Assembly (NCBI GenBank): GCA_964016885.1
Contig: OZ024746.1
Coordinates: 56,730,001-56,794,000 of the forward strand
Direction: 5' to 3'
Source of the DNA: Eledone cirrhosa
Lineage: Eukaryota
Length of the DNA: 64,000 nucleotides
Shown here: piece by piece, positions 45,700 through 59,045 of the stretch
Position numbering within the stretch: position 1 is the stretch's first letter
Layout of the letters: each line of letters opens with the position of its first letter
Program-made: the position numbers and the translations under genes
Notes under the pieces: model-generated
What the model was told of the DNA's origin: nothing
The model's input: only the letters and a program-made list of their open reading frames with translations
The model's database searches: none

Positions 45700-48600
45700 T
45701 GATTAAAACGAAAGATTTTACTTTGTGTGAAGTGTTAATGTATTAGTTGATTTATTTATTAATTAACAATGGCATTTATTTATTTATTTATATATTTAAT
45801 AATTGTTTATTACCGGTTTCAGCATTTTTATGCATTATCAAATGATAATAATATGTATTGGTGTATTGTGGTGGTGTTGGACATGTTAAAGAAATGGTGC
45901 AGAAAGAATAATGTTATTTACAAACAAGGTTTATGAAGTGAAAAGAAAAGAGAATAAAAAGGAGCGTAATGTGGAACTTAATAAGTCAATGTGAAAGGAA
46001 AAATAATGTTATTTACAGGCATTGTTCTTGAAGATAAGCAGATCAAAATGTGTTAATAGAGCAAGAGTGCTTAGTTGATCCATGATAGAGGCAAATGATG
46101 GACTGGGTTTTGTTATGATTTCGCTTTTTAGAGAGTTAATATACAAGGGGGGGGGGGGGGTAATTCATGCTGAATGATATTTAATTTATTTAAGAAAAAA
46201 GATTAGGTAGCGTGTGAGGGAGGAAACTCTTTAGAGAGACATAGGTATTTGTAAATGTTTGATTGTTCGTTCCAGTTTTAGTTTAGTCCGAAGTTTAGTG
46301 CATTAAGTAGAGGTTGGAATTTGTTAATGAAATACTTTTCCTTATTGGTACGATGGATGAAAATAGCGTTGTCTATGAATTTGTAATGGGGAAAATGTTA
46401 AAGTTTAGATGTTGGTTGGGTTCACAATTAGAGATATGTTCACTAAAAGCAATGTTTCTGTATTCATGTATTTTGATTTGTGATTAATGGACGGTCATAC
46501 GTTGTCGGAGGGTGTTTTTTGTCTGTCCTATGTAGTGCTCTTGACAACCTGAGCAGGTCAAAACATAGATTAGGTTTTCAGATGCACATTTAAAGTTGTG
46601 TTTAACTGTGAAATGTTGTCCTTGTTTAAAATAGAATGTTGAACCTTCTATTAGATTTATGCATATGCCACAGTTGGGCCTACCACATTTTGTTACTGTA
46701 GGGTTCATTGTGAGGGTTTGTTGGATTTTGGCTTGTGTGAGGATGTTTTTTTATGGATTTAGGTTGGTTTTTGCTCTTTATGATTGGTGTTTGGAGGACT
46801 TTTTTCCTTCTTGGGTCTTTTTTAGTAAAGGAATGTTCTGGAGGATGGTGTCGAATGCCTCATTATTGAAGAGGTTGTGTGTGGAGATGTATGGTAGAGT
46901 TTTCTGTTGCGGTTCATTCCTGGGTTTGGGGTGTCTGAGTTCCTAGATGTCGAAATTTAGGGCACGTTGCAATCCATTGTGATTAGGGATGGTGGGTAGT
47001 TTCTGCTGATAAGTGTGTTTTTTTAATTCTTCTAGCCGTGTGTAGCATGTGTATTTATCTGAAACTATTGTGCAGATTCTTCTGCCTAGGTTATAAGGAA
47101 TTGCCATTTTGGTGTGTCTAGGGTGGCATGAGTTGAATGGAAGGTATTGTTTGGAGTCTGTGGGTTTGTAATATATGTCGGTTTCTATACTGTTGTTTGT
47201 TCTATACTGTTCTTGATGAGGATGTCGAGGAAAGGGAGTTGTTCATGGCTGTAATCCATTGGGAATTGTAAGTTTGTGTTGAGTCTATTCAGAAGCGTTT
47301 TAAACTCAATCAGTCTATCTAGACGTTCATGTCAGAGAATGAAGCAGTCGTCCAGATATCTCTTCCAGTTCTTTTATATGTGTTGGTAGAAGTGGTTGCC
47401 GTATTTGTCTAGAACTTTGCGGTAGAGAGTGGTTGCCAAATATCCCATGACAAGGTTGGCGTATGAGGGGGCTACTTTCGTGCCCATGGCACTCCCAGAT
47501 TTATGTCTGTAGTATTTGCCATTGAATTCGAAGAAATTGTTTTGCAAGATGAATTTGAGTCCCTCCAACAGAAATTCTTTAGGGATGCGCTGTGGGAGTT
47601 CACTAGGGAAAATGTCAAGCCAGAATTGTGTTGCCTTTATACCTAGGTTGTGTGGGATATTGGTATATAAATTGATGACATCAAAGGTTACTAGTAGGGT
47701 ATGTTCATTATTGAGTGTTGTTGGGATGTGGTTGAGTATGTCAAGATCGTCCCTTATGAAGCTTTTTATGTGTTTTAGGAAAGGTTTATGCAAAATATCT
47801 AGGAAGTTGCTTAGGCATAGGTTTCACATGTGGTACCTGCTATTATGGGTCTTAATTTAAGGTCATCAGGAGGGGCTATATTGATGTAAATGTATGTGGC
47901 TTGCTTGCAGGCCCTGCCTATTACTTCGCTTTTGTGTGTCTTTGGGATACCGTAGAAGAGGCTGGTTCTGCTTTTCATATTGGTGATGTAGTTGTATTCC
48001 TTTTCTGTAAGGTCTTCTTTGTAAAGGGTTGTTATGGATTCTAGGTTTCTCATTATTTTCTGTTGTGTGTAGTGTTGGGCCTTTTCATAATGTTTGGTTT
48101 TCTAGAGTTGAGAGTACTAGAGTCGTGTAATAATCTGTCCCCATAAGGACTACTGCACACCCTTTATCTGCGTCTTTGATTGTTAGCGTGTTGTCGTTGT
48201 TTAGACTGTTAAGACCATTCCATTCGTATTTGCTTAGGTTTAGTTTGTGTTTATGTCTGTGTAGGTGGTGGTATGGGTAATTAGTAATGTGTTCGCAGAA
48301 TTGATCGAGGAATTTGTTCTTGCCTTTTGGTTGGGTGTAGTTGCTTCTATTTCTGGCTATTGAGTCATCCTCATTGTATTTGTCGTATAGTTGCTCGCTG
48401 AGTCTTAGTTTTCTGCAGAATTCTGCAATATCTTCCTTCATTTCGGGGTAGTTTGGTTGTTGGGAGTTGGTGTAAATTTTAGATCTTTGGGGAGTATGTT
48501 GATTTGGTCTGTTGTTAATTCTTTAGAAGTTAAATTAACAATTTTTATTACAATGTGTGTCTCCTGTGTGTTTGTGTTATCATGTTATCCTGTGTCTGTG

Positions 48601-49770
48601 TGCTGTGTCTAAAATAATGATTACGGAAGTTGTGATGGTTGTTGAAGTTTGGATGCGTCTTATAGTTGTGTTGGCCCCTGCTGTTGTTGTTAGATGGTGT
48701 GTAGCTGTGGTGGTTGTTGAAGTTAGGTTGTATCGTGTGGTTGTATTGAGCCCTGCTGATGTTGTTGTAGCGCGTGTAGATTTGATGGACGTGGTTATAA
48801 GGTGTGAAGTTATGGTGGTTGTTGAAGTTGGGTTGTATCGTATGTCTGTGCTGAGCACTGCTGTTGTTGTAGGGTGTGTAGATTTGGTGGTAGTTGTAAT
48901 ATGGTTGTCTTGTGTGGTTATATTGAGTACTGCTGATGCTGTTATATAGTATGTAGCTATGGTGGCTGTAGTTGTTAGGGTGTCTCGTGTGGTTGTATTG
49001 TCCCATGCTGGTGTTGTTGTAGTAGGATGTGGTTAGTGGGGGAGGGTAGATTAGGGTTTCCTTATAGTTGGTGTCTGGTTGTGAGGCTCTATGTGACATG
49101 TGTGGTAGTTGTGTATTTTGGGTTCTATGAAGGAAGTAATGATGGTTGTGGGTTTGTTGTGTGGGGATGTTAGGGGGGTTGTAAGTGTGGGGGATTCTAT
49201 AGTTTCTCCTGGTGGGAGACAAGTTGTAGTGTCTATCTTGTAGCTGATGTTTCTCTATTACTATATTTGTTGATTGGGAATAGTTATGTGGAGGGTGTAG
49301 GAGGTAGGGACGGAGTGATGCCTTCTTTTTGTTTCGTATGTGGGGAGGTATTGTGTTTTTGTTGTTGTTGGTTGTTGTGTGGTGTTTGGGTGTTGATTGA
49401 ATTTTCTTGTTTTAATGAAGGGGTTCTTGGGTGTGTGTTCTTTTTGGAAAAGTGTTTCATAGTTAGAGAACCAGGTTTCGCTTATTTCCCAACGTTGAAG
49501 GGATTTTAGCTTCCTTTTTACAGTCCTCTAACCATAATTTTGAAATATTTTCGAGGGTGGTGTCTTTGGTTTTATTGATAATTGCTTGATTAATCTCATC
49601 GTCGATTGATTTGAAACCATCTTCATTTGCTTGGGCTCTCAATTTAAGGAGTTCGATTATGGTTTTTATGTTATCAAGTGCCATTCTTTCCCTGAGGCGT
49701 CTGTGTGTGTCTGGTTCGTTTGGAATTGATTTAATTTGTAGTTTGCGGGCGATGATTAATGGGGATGAGT
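45700..49770 (-). mobile_element. Near full-length decayed Penelope-like element (RT plus GIY-YIG; Cys linker as in Neptune-type)
   Basis: In order on minus: IKDADKGCAVVLM, FYGIPKTHK, LRPIIAG, LVTFDVINLYTNIP, GSAMGTKVAPSYANLVMG, WKRYLDDCF, YKPTDSKQYL, CGRPNCGIC, NLIYVLTCSGCQEHYIGQT...RMTVH, EKYFINKFQPLLN. Many stops and frameshifts. Confidence 0.92.
45809..45844 (-). ncRNA. Decayed hammerhead in the 3' end of the large PLE
   Basis: Minus TTGATAA-tGCAT-aaaa-ATGCt-GAAA-CCGG-TA; two core changes, stem II and palindromic stem III preserved. Confidence 0.55.
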
Positions 49771-50502
49771 TAATATATATATGTATATATAGAAATAATA
49801 ACAATATTTATACTTATATATGTTTAATATATAATTATAAATATGGAGGGTAGTACTAAGTAATAGTCGGTTACCGGTATGACAAAAGGCTCAATGCAAA
49901 TTATCAAGTGTTTTACAGAGCCGAGCTACAAAGTGTTAAAACAATCAAATCTTAGTTTAATACATTTATTTGTTGATTCATCGGAGCATAGGGAATGTCT
50001 AAACGGGTGATTAAAATTCTAGTCATTCAGAATATTTAGGTAGATACATAAGTCCTGTTAATGTCCTAGACATCACATAGAGAATCAGGAGTTAAAACGA
50101 TGTTATGCTTGAGAGAACACAATTACAAGGAACACTGGTGGAAAGTGCAAACGTACAAGCAAAACGTACAGGCGTACTTTTAATAGTACTTTTATAGTGT
50201 TAATACTAAAATAAAAGATTATATAGAAATATAGAGAGTGATAAGAGGAAGGAATGCAAAATGCTTTTCTGCGACACAGAACGTTTGTGTTCAGCCATAT
50301 TCTCCATGTTGTCTGCATTTGAAATATTATTTGAATGACCGGCTAAATGATATTTGTGTCACAACGATTTTGTTTTTGCCTGTATAGGGTTTTCGTCCAA
50401 GTTTATATTTTCAATATTTATGTTTGTCAAGCTTTCTTCAAAGTCTATCAGTTTGTAACTCGATGCCCATTAGTTACACCTTATTCGTATTATTGCGAGT
50501 CA

Positions 50503-50685
50503 TAGGGCTTGACAGTATCGGTAGAGGGTCAGACGCCATGCTTTGCCCCAAAGAGTTATGGCCCTTTGTGGTCTGAGTTCAAATCAAACCGAGATTAACT
50601 TTGCTTTTCATTCTTACGTGGTCTATAAAATAAAGTATACACTGGGATAATGGTTGGCCTTATGCTAAAAGAAGAAATAACTATT
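50503..50685 (+). mobile_element. tRNA-derived SINE (diverged)
   Basis: CTGAGTTCAAATC B-box and TTAACTTTGC-TTTCAT central block. Confidence 0.75.
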
Positions 50686-50956
50686 TCATGGCATCCGAAT
50701 TATGCTTTCCTACTTTGGAAATATTTTCGCAGAAGGTAGCTAAACTATGAATTTTCGTCTGTTTCCTTAGTGAAAAGGCCTTTGTTTAGTGGAGCCGATT
50801 GACAGTATTTCTGCTGTTATTGTTCGGTGTGTTCCCGAATTTTGTCGTCAATATTGTTCTAACCTATCTACTCTTGTTCTATTCTATATTCCACTGGTTA
50901 AATTTGATTCAGATATTCCAACGCGCCATAGTATTCACAAATCCATCGGATATTTT

Positions 50957-51071
<115 letters not shown>

Positions 51072-51132
51072 GAAGTAATTCCGTCGGAAGGGTCCAGGTA
51101 AAAAGAATGATCTATGTAGGTTACAGAGCTTT

Positions 51133-51290
51133 ATAGTTATGTAATAAACAACATAAGATAATTATTTCATTTACCAGTGGTTTCTTGAAAGCAAACAAAA
51201 TTTGATTTCAATCATCAGAATAAAAAAATCCAGGATTTTTTCATTCTGATGATTTTGTTTGCTTACAAGAAACGACTGGTAAATGATAAA
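51133..51290 (-). mobile_element. Family D fold-back element
   Basis: Axis at ATCC-a-GGAT (~51232); long arm plus tail on the left, short arm 51233-51290 with stem II deletion. Confidence 0.75.
51165..51225 (-). ncRNA. Type I hammerhead ribozyme (family D)
   Basis: Minus TTTTATT-CTGATGA-TTGAAA-tcaaattttgtttgc-TTTCAA-GAAA-CCA-c-TGG-TA-AATGAAA; intact core with all stems pairing. Confidence 0.8.
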
Positions 51291-51522
51291 AAAAAAAATA
51301 TATATATATTTCGTCTCTGCATTTGTTTAGCAAGATTCTTTATCTGAAATCGTGTGTTGAAACCGATATTGTTATACTTTGTGAGGGTCATGTTGCCAAT
51401 AAGAAACACACGCACCAGTTGGTTTCACTTCAATTTATTATAATAAATAAATAATAAATTTATAAATTTATAAATTTCTGGTTGGTTGGTTGGTTCCACA
51501 ACCAGGTAGTTATTTATATATT

Positions 51523-51565
51523 GTCATAGTTCTTTCGTCACACACTCTGTGACTTCTTCAGTGAC
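51523..51565 (-). ncRNA. Type I hammerhead (inverted pLTR copy)
   Basis: Minus GTCA-CTGAAGA-aGTCACA-gagtg-TGTGAC-GAAA-gaac-TA-TGAC. Confidence 0.85.
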
Positions 51566-51792
51566 TGGGGATTCTTTTCTTTGTTTCTGTGCCTCTCCTT
51601 TGTTCTGTCCTACGCCATTTTGTGTCTGTGTGTGTGTTGTGTGCTCAGTCTGCGCATGCCCACCTCCGGGTCTTTGTGTGTGTTTATGTTCATTTATTTA
51701 TTTGTTTATTAACATGTTACTGGTTGGTTGTTTGTTCTATGTGTGTGTGTGTTTTCATTTTGTCCTTAATTTTAAGTTGTGATGTTGCTGTT

Positions 51793-53060
51793 ATGGCGGA
51801 ACAGTAGACTTAAACATAAGCTTAAAGAACAATTAGAAGACCCCTTAACCCTGATAATGTACTCCCGCTACGTTGATGATATAAACATCGTAGTTAAGAC
51901 ACGCCCACTAGAGAACATTCAGGAACTAGAGAAAAACACAATGGAAAGCATCCAGCAAATAGCTAACTCCATCCACCAGAGCATTAGAGTTACTATAGAC
52001 TACCCAAGTAAGCACCCCAACCATCGATTACCTGTACTAAACACAGAGCTCTGGTTAGATACCATTAATAACAAAAAGACAAATCCTCCATTCCCATTAT
52101 GCCAAAGCCATGACTTCCAAACATCTGAACCACCGAAACTCGGCCGTTTCGGACCATACCAAAATCAACATACTGATTGCGGATTTGGTACGGGTGATGA
52201 GAAACGTGTCCCGCATGTGCAACCCCGAAGAACTAGAGAGACACATACAACACTTCATCCACCGTATGCAATTCTCTGGCTACAATCAGAGAGATAAAAT
52301 CAGAGTGTATAGAGGAGCCAGAACCAAATGGGAAAACATGGTAAATAATGACATAAATGGGACCTGCCCCTTGTATAGGAGCACATTTTGGAATAGAATA
52401 GAAAGAACTACGAACAAGGCTAATAGAATAAACTCATGGTATGATAGCAATAAATACCAGAATGTAATGTTCATCGATACAACCCCTAGAGGTGAATTAG
52501 CTTACAAATTTAGAAGGGCCCTAAATAAACATAAACTCAATATTAAGATAGTAGAAAGACCAGGTACCTCCGTAAAAACACTTATTAGCAAGACATACCC
52601 TTTTCAAAGACCCTCATGTATAGATAAGAAATGTATAACCTGTAAAATAAGCCCCCATATTAACTGTAAAACTAGAAATGTAGTGTATAGCATAAGATGT
52701 ACTGAAGGACAATGGAGAGACAAAAATATAGTGCACATAGGTGAGACAGCTCGTAGTGTAGGGGAACGGATAAATGAACACTGGCGAGACCTTCAAGATA
52801 GTAAAGAATCATCTGTACTCTACCAACATGCTAAAATAGAACACAAGGGTAAATTAGAGAACATAGAAATAAAAATAGAATCTACACACAGAAAAGACGC
52901 AATGTTTAGACAGATCACAGAGGCAATAAACATAAAAGAATTACAACCAAAATTAAATAGAAAATATGAGTGGAACAGCAACATCACAACCTACAATTAC
53001 GGACAAAATGAAAACACACACACACATAGAACAAACAACCAACCAGTAACATGTAAATAA
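51793..53060 (+). pseudogene. PLE RT C-terminal half plus GIY-YIG endonuclease, one frameshift near 52075
   Basis: YSRYVDDINIVV (RT motif C), RLPVLN, SGY, CIDKKCITC, NVVYSIRCT...HIGETARSVGERINEH, RQITEAINIKELQPKLNRKYEW. Confidence 0.9.
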
Positions 53061-53201
53061 ACAAATAAATAAATGAACATAAACACACACAGACACCCGG
53101 ATGTGGCGCATGCGCAGACTGAGCACACAACACACACACAGAAAGAAAATGGCGTAGGACAGAACAAAGGAGAGGCACAGAAACAAAGAAAGGAATCCCC
53201 A

Positions 53202-53244
53202 GTCACTGAAGAGGTCACAGAGTGTGTGACGAAAGAACTATGAC
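53202..53244 (+). ncRNA. Type I hammerhead ribozyme in PLE 3' pLTR
   Basis: GTCA-CTGAAGA-gGTCACA-gagtg-TGTGAC-GAAA-gaac-TA-TGAC: stem I GTCA/TGAC, 6-bp stem II, minimal stem III; predicted cut after 53240. Confidence 0.85.
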
Positions 53245-53389
53245 AATATACAAACAACTACCTGGTTGTGGAACCAACCAGCCAACCAGAAATTTATAAA
53301 TACATAATTTTATTATAAATCTATTATAATAAATTGAAGTGAAACCAACTTGTGCATGTGTTTCTTAATCACAACATGAACCTCCCAAA

Positions 53390-53447
<58 letters not shown>

Positions 53448-53585
53448 TTTGGGAGGGTCATGTTGTGATTAAGAAACACACGCACAAGTTGCTTTCACTT
53501 CAATTTATTATAATAGATTTATAATAAAATTATGAATTTATATATAGATATATAGATATATAGATATATAGATATATAGATATAT

Positions 53586-53774
<189 letters not shown>

Positions 53775-53777
53775 AAA

Positions 53778-53890
53778 AGGCGACTGGCTGACTGATTAAA
53801 GAATTGGATTCGCAATCGTAAGGTTGTGAGTTCGATTCCTGGACCAGGCGTTATGTCCTTGAGCAAGACACTTTGTTTCACGTTGTTCCT
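53778..53890 (+). mobile_element. CORE-type SINE 5' fragment
   Basis: GAGTTCGATTCC B-box followed by TGTCCTTGAGCAAGACACTT CORE motif. Confidence 0.75.
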
Positions 53891-54627
53891 TCTACCTGGA
53901 GTTGCGACCGATAGATAGTATTAGCAATTGGAAAGACCAACGGAAACATTGTTCCCTCGGTCCGATTTGACGAAAGTCGATCGTTCCTTTATATATATAT
54001 ATGTATTAATATATATATATTAATTCATATCTGTGTGTGTGTGTGTGTGTAAATAATTATTAGCATGTCAATTGATTTCAAAGACTTAGAAAATTAAAGG
54101 TACTGAGTTCGATTCCTTGCACCGACTGCTGACCGATTTTTTCCGTATACATGGGGATCTTTCCCGATTTCTCACCTCTGTTCAGAGCTATTTCTGAAGT
54201 GCGAGCATTCCTACATGTTCTGCCAATCACACACACCCATATATATATATACTTTTTTTTTCGTCTGTTTCCCTAGTACAGTGTTTAGGCAACCACGTCT
54301 GTTTCCTTCTATAGGCTTCTACTAACCTGGACATTATTTTCCCAACTTGTAGAAAACTTATAATGAAACGATCGTTTGGAAAGGGAGATGTATTTAATTA
54401 TGTCTCATATGAACTGGCTATCCGTAAAATACGTATAGTTATCACCCCAAACGTATAATTGGGAGTATACTAAGGTATATCCTAATGTTTGTTGAGTGAG
54501 ATGGAAGTCGGTCGGAGTAATGCTTAACACTTTCTCTGTTAATGTATTACATATATATATATATATAGAATAGAATGAAACGAAATTTCATTTCTCACTC
54601 TTAGTACGGCAGTTCCTTAAATGTAAG

Positions 54628-55144
54628 TATGTATGTATGTATACGTACATACATATATGTATAAAGACGTACAGTAGTATGTATATACATAAATACATGC
54701 ACACTTATATATATATATGCACGTATCGGTTTTCCGAAAATTTATTATAATGCTCGGTTTGTTTGTAATCAAACAAACAGCCCGAATTACGCCGTACAGT
54801 GTTTAGACATCCCCGTCACCTTTTTGTTCAACACTGTCACAGGAACGATGTACTATTTTAAAGCTTATTAGCTATCGTCAGCATAGTATACCTTCCTGTC
54901 AGATGGTTGAACGTTTGAAAGTATATAATTTCTTTATGCATATTAACGTCTTAAGTGTTGAACAAAAAGGTGACGTGGTTGCCTAAACACTGTACGGCGT
55001 AATTCGGGCTGTTTGTTTGTTTATAAACAAACCGAGCATTATAATAAATGTTCGGTAAACCGATACGTGCATATATATATATGTGTGCATGTATGTATAT
55101 ATATACATACTACTGTATGTCTGTATACATATATGTATGTACGT

Positions 55145-55158
<14 letters not shown>
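54628..55158. repeat. ~205-bp inverted repeat with ~118-bp spacer
   Basis: 54628-54835 is the reverse complement of 54954-55158 with scattered mismatches. Confidence 0.9.
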
Positions 55159-55223
<65 letters not shown>

Positions 55224-56011
55224 TATATATACCTGCTTTTTTGTTATTTACCTGAAAATCAGCGTTGATTAAGCAAATCAATGATATACCAGCCCTGACC
55301 ATCCATTTTTTTTCAATCCTTTTCAACATAATACATCTAAATTAAAGGCCTATTTGAAGCCATATAGAATATGTTTAATGAATATATATTTATTCTTGGT
55401 TTGATTATGTGTGCATATCACATCTACCTGAATATCTACGTACGAGCGATATATGTATGTGTTAATCTTTAAACGCGTGCATGACGCGTATCACGGTGCA
55501 AGATTCGCTTATGATTGTTAATACTTCCGAACTGCTTGTGTTCAACAGTCTTACATATATATTGGTGTATATGTGATAGGATAACAGCTTCAAATACGCA
55601 CACTGCAGGGGACTTATAAACCTTTATTCAGAACCTCTGTCCGTTAGTTGTTATTGCTAATTACTCAAATTTGAATTACATTATCTAATACATGCTCCAG
55701 TACTTTACAGACGTTAGAGCTTCGTTTCCTGGTCATTTGTCTGCTATGTCTAGCAGGTGAATCAACCGCTTAAAGGCCCACACGTTTCATGATGTTTTCT
55801 TTACAGTAGTAGATTTTCCTTTTGATATTTTGTTGTTAATGTTCTGTTATTGTTGTTGTTGTTAATAATGGAGGTGTGAATGCTGATGTCATTGTTGTAT
55901 TATCTTGGTGGTGCAGGCGTTGCCACTGCTGATACTGCTGTGTCTGTTGGTCTACACACACATACACATGTAAACAAACACATACAGACTATCTCTCTCT
56001 CTCTCTCACAC

Positions 56012-56066
<55 letters not shown>

Positions 56067-56089
56067 CATATATATATATTTAAATATAC

Positions 56090-56141
<52 letters not shown>

Positions 56142-57049
56142 ATATACATCTATACATATATGAGATAGAGACCAACTAACATTCTTCACCACAGTCCAGG
56201 TTCCCTTGAATATAAACAGCCACATTCCTAACATTCTTTTAACATTCCACTCCTCCTTTCTTATTTCTCACTCTCCTCACTCTTTGACTATTTCACACTA
56301 ACATTCTCCCTCACTTTCACCTACTGTATTCCCATATTCACTATGTTTAACACACATTATTTATTTATTTATTATCTCTTTATTCCACATATTTAGTCTT
56401 TCTTTCTGTCTTTCATCTTTGAGTTTAACATTATCATTATTACGTTCCTTTTTTTTTTACTCGTTTCATTCTTTATCGCTTACTTTCATTCCTTCCTTTT
56501 CTTTTATTCCCTCATTCACATATCTTTCCTTCTTTCCTCTCACTTCCACGTTTTTTTTTGCTTTTATTTGTTTGTTTATTTGTCTCTGCATTTCCCCCTC
56601 CCTTTCTTTCTTCTTCTTCCTTTATTGTTACTTCTTTTTTGGATGTTTTCCCAGAGAAATATGGTAACTGAAGTGTGGAATATGGCCCCATTTTATACCA
56701 ACCTTGCCACAATTGGCTATGGGGCTATTATTTTATATGAGAACGTTGTCTTAAGTTAAAACCTTAGTAATGAAATAATTATTAATTTTAGTAAATTCCT
56801 CAAAATTCATTCTTAATTAAATGAAATGTAGTGAAACCCATTAGACATATGGTCACGAAAGTATAAAACATGGATTTGCTGTTTTCCTTAGATTCAGACA
56901 TTATGTCCACGTTACTTAATATACTACCTGACAGCTAGTATATAATTGCAAATATTAAAATTAACAATCGCCTTTCACATATATTGCACACGAAAAAAGA
57001 ACCCCCGCAAATCATGGCAGCACAAATATCTTTCTATAATTATTTATTC

Positions 57050-57210
57050 TTTTGGGACAAGGCCAGCAATTACCAAGTGCCTTACTGGTGCTTTTATTTT
57101 TTCGACCCCGTAATGATGAAAAGCAAAGGTAACATCAGAACGTGAAGGATCATAATTATATGCTGCAAAGCATTGTGTCTGACGCTCTACCGATATTGCC
57201 ACTCCACCGA
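57050..57210 (-). mobile_element. tRNA-derived SINE (diverged)
   Basis: Reverse-complement unit of the 2544-3490 family. Confidence 0.7.
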
Positions 57211-57510
57211 TGAAAGGAGAGATATTGCATTACACATGATCTTGCATTACCACTTGATGGTTGTCGGTTATTAGCGTGGGAAACGAAGCTGCAAGACGAA
57301 GGTGAGAGATAGTTCTAAAAAACTATTTTGTCACAAATTCATATGTGCCGACAAAACACATGTCTTCCGCGGCGTCAAGGATATTATCGGACGCCTTTAA
57401 TTGCTTTGTCACAAAATCATCATTATTTTCCTCGGAGCATCTTCGTTACACTGGGTCCACAGTTTCTTATTAGACTGGCACGACAGGTTGTCTCGCAGTT
57501 GTCCTCTCTT

Positions 57511-57544
<34 letters not shown>

Positions 57545-57579
57545 TCTCTTTCTTTCTCTCTTTCCCTCTGTCTCTCTCT

Positions 57580-57858
57580 CTAGAATTACCCTGCGAGTCA
57601 CAAGTCCGTGTATGGTAGTTAGAGGAAGACCGACAGTTACCCATACATACCAGTCTCTCCTTTCTACCGACGTTGTCCAATTTAAAAGCCAAGGCCGATG
57701 GAGATTGGCAACGGATACGTCGCAACTAATTTCTACAGCAAAGTAAACTGGAACAACGTGAAATAAAGTGTCTTGCTCAAGAACACAACATACAGACCGG
57801 GAATAGAATTCGCAACCTCAATATTGTAAGTCCAACGCTCTAGCCACTAACCATTGCG
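57580..57858 (-). mobile_element. CORE-type SINE, left arm of an inverted duplication
   Basis: Reverse complement of 58697-58977; contains AAGTGTCTTGCTCAAGAACAC. Confidence 0.85.
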
Positions 57859-57917
57859 TATATATAAATATATATATATATATGAGTGGGTGTTTGTGTA
57901 TGTGTGCATATATATAC

Positions 57918-58246
<329 letters not shown>

Positions 58247-58405
58247 ATTATTAAAAACGTAAGCTATCGCCGTATTTTGACTAAAGAAATTAAAGAAATT
58301 ATTTAGCCTGATAGTGGGGTTAAGAACCCTCGGAGAAATAGAAAAAGATGAGTATTGACGTACAATAATTTCAAACCCACTCGCTGTTTCGAAAATATTC
58401 TTACT

Positions 58406-58499
<94 letters not shown>

Positions 58500-58509
58500 G
58501 TATGTAGAG

Positions 58510-58650
58510 GTTATATATAATTTGTTGGAATATAACAAGCTAAATATTTTTTATAACTGATATAAAGCACTCAACAAATTATTGGATATGAAATACAATA
58601 TATTAACAAATGGGAACTATATTTATAAAACCATATTTATTTCATTATAC
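58510..58650 (-). mobile_element. Family C 3' end and tail fragment
   Basis: Reverse complement of ~24430-24570. Confidence 0.65.
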
Positions 58651-58696
58651 ATAGTTCAAATATTTGCACACACTCATATATATATATATTTATATA

Positions 58697-58977
58697 CGCA
58701 ATGGTTAGTGGCTAGAGCGTTGGACTTACAATCGTGGGGTTGCGAACTCGATTCCCGGTTTGTATGTTGTGTTCTTGAGCAAGACACTTTATTTCACGTT
58801 GTTCCAGTTTACTTAGCTGTAGAAATTAGTTGCGACGTATCCGTTGCCAATCTCCATCGGCCTTGGCTTTTAAATTGGACAACATCGGTAGAAAGGAGAG
58901 ACTGGTATGTATGGGTAACTGTTGGCTTTCCATTAACTCCCACACACGGACTTGTGCCTCGGAGTGTAACTCTCTAG
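58697..58977 (+). mobile_element. CORE-type SINE, right arm of the inverted duplication
   Basis: GCAATGGTTAGTGGCTAGAGCG tRNA-like head, CTCGATTCCC B-box, GTGTTCTTGAGCAAGACACTT CORE motif. Confidence 0.85.
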
Positions 58978-59007
58978 GTGCAAATTTCTCTCTCTCTCCG
59001 TCTCCTC

Positions 59008-59045
<38 letters not shown>

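Larger units (their letters stand above)
51310..53540 (+). mobile_element. 5'-truncated Penelope-like element with inverted pseudo-LTRs
   Basis: 51374-51792 is the reverse complement of 52974-53393; RT/GIY-YIG coding sequence lies between; a third inverted end copy at 53446-53540. Confidence 0.9.
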
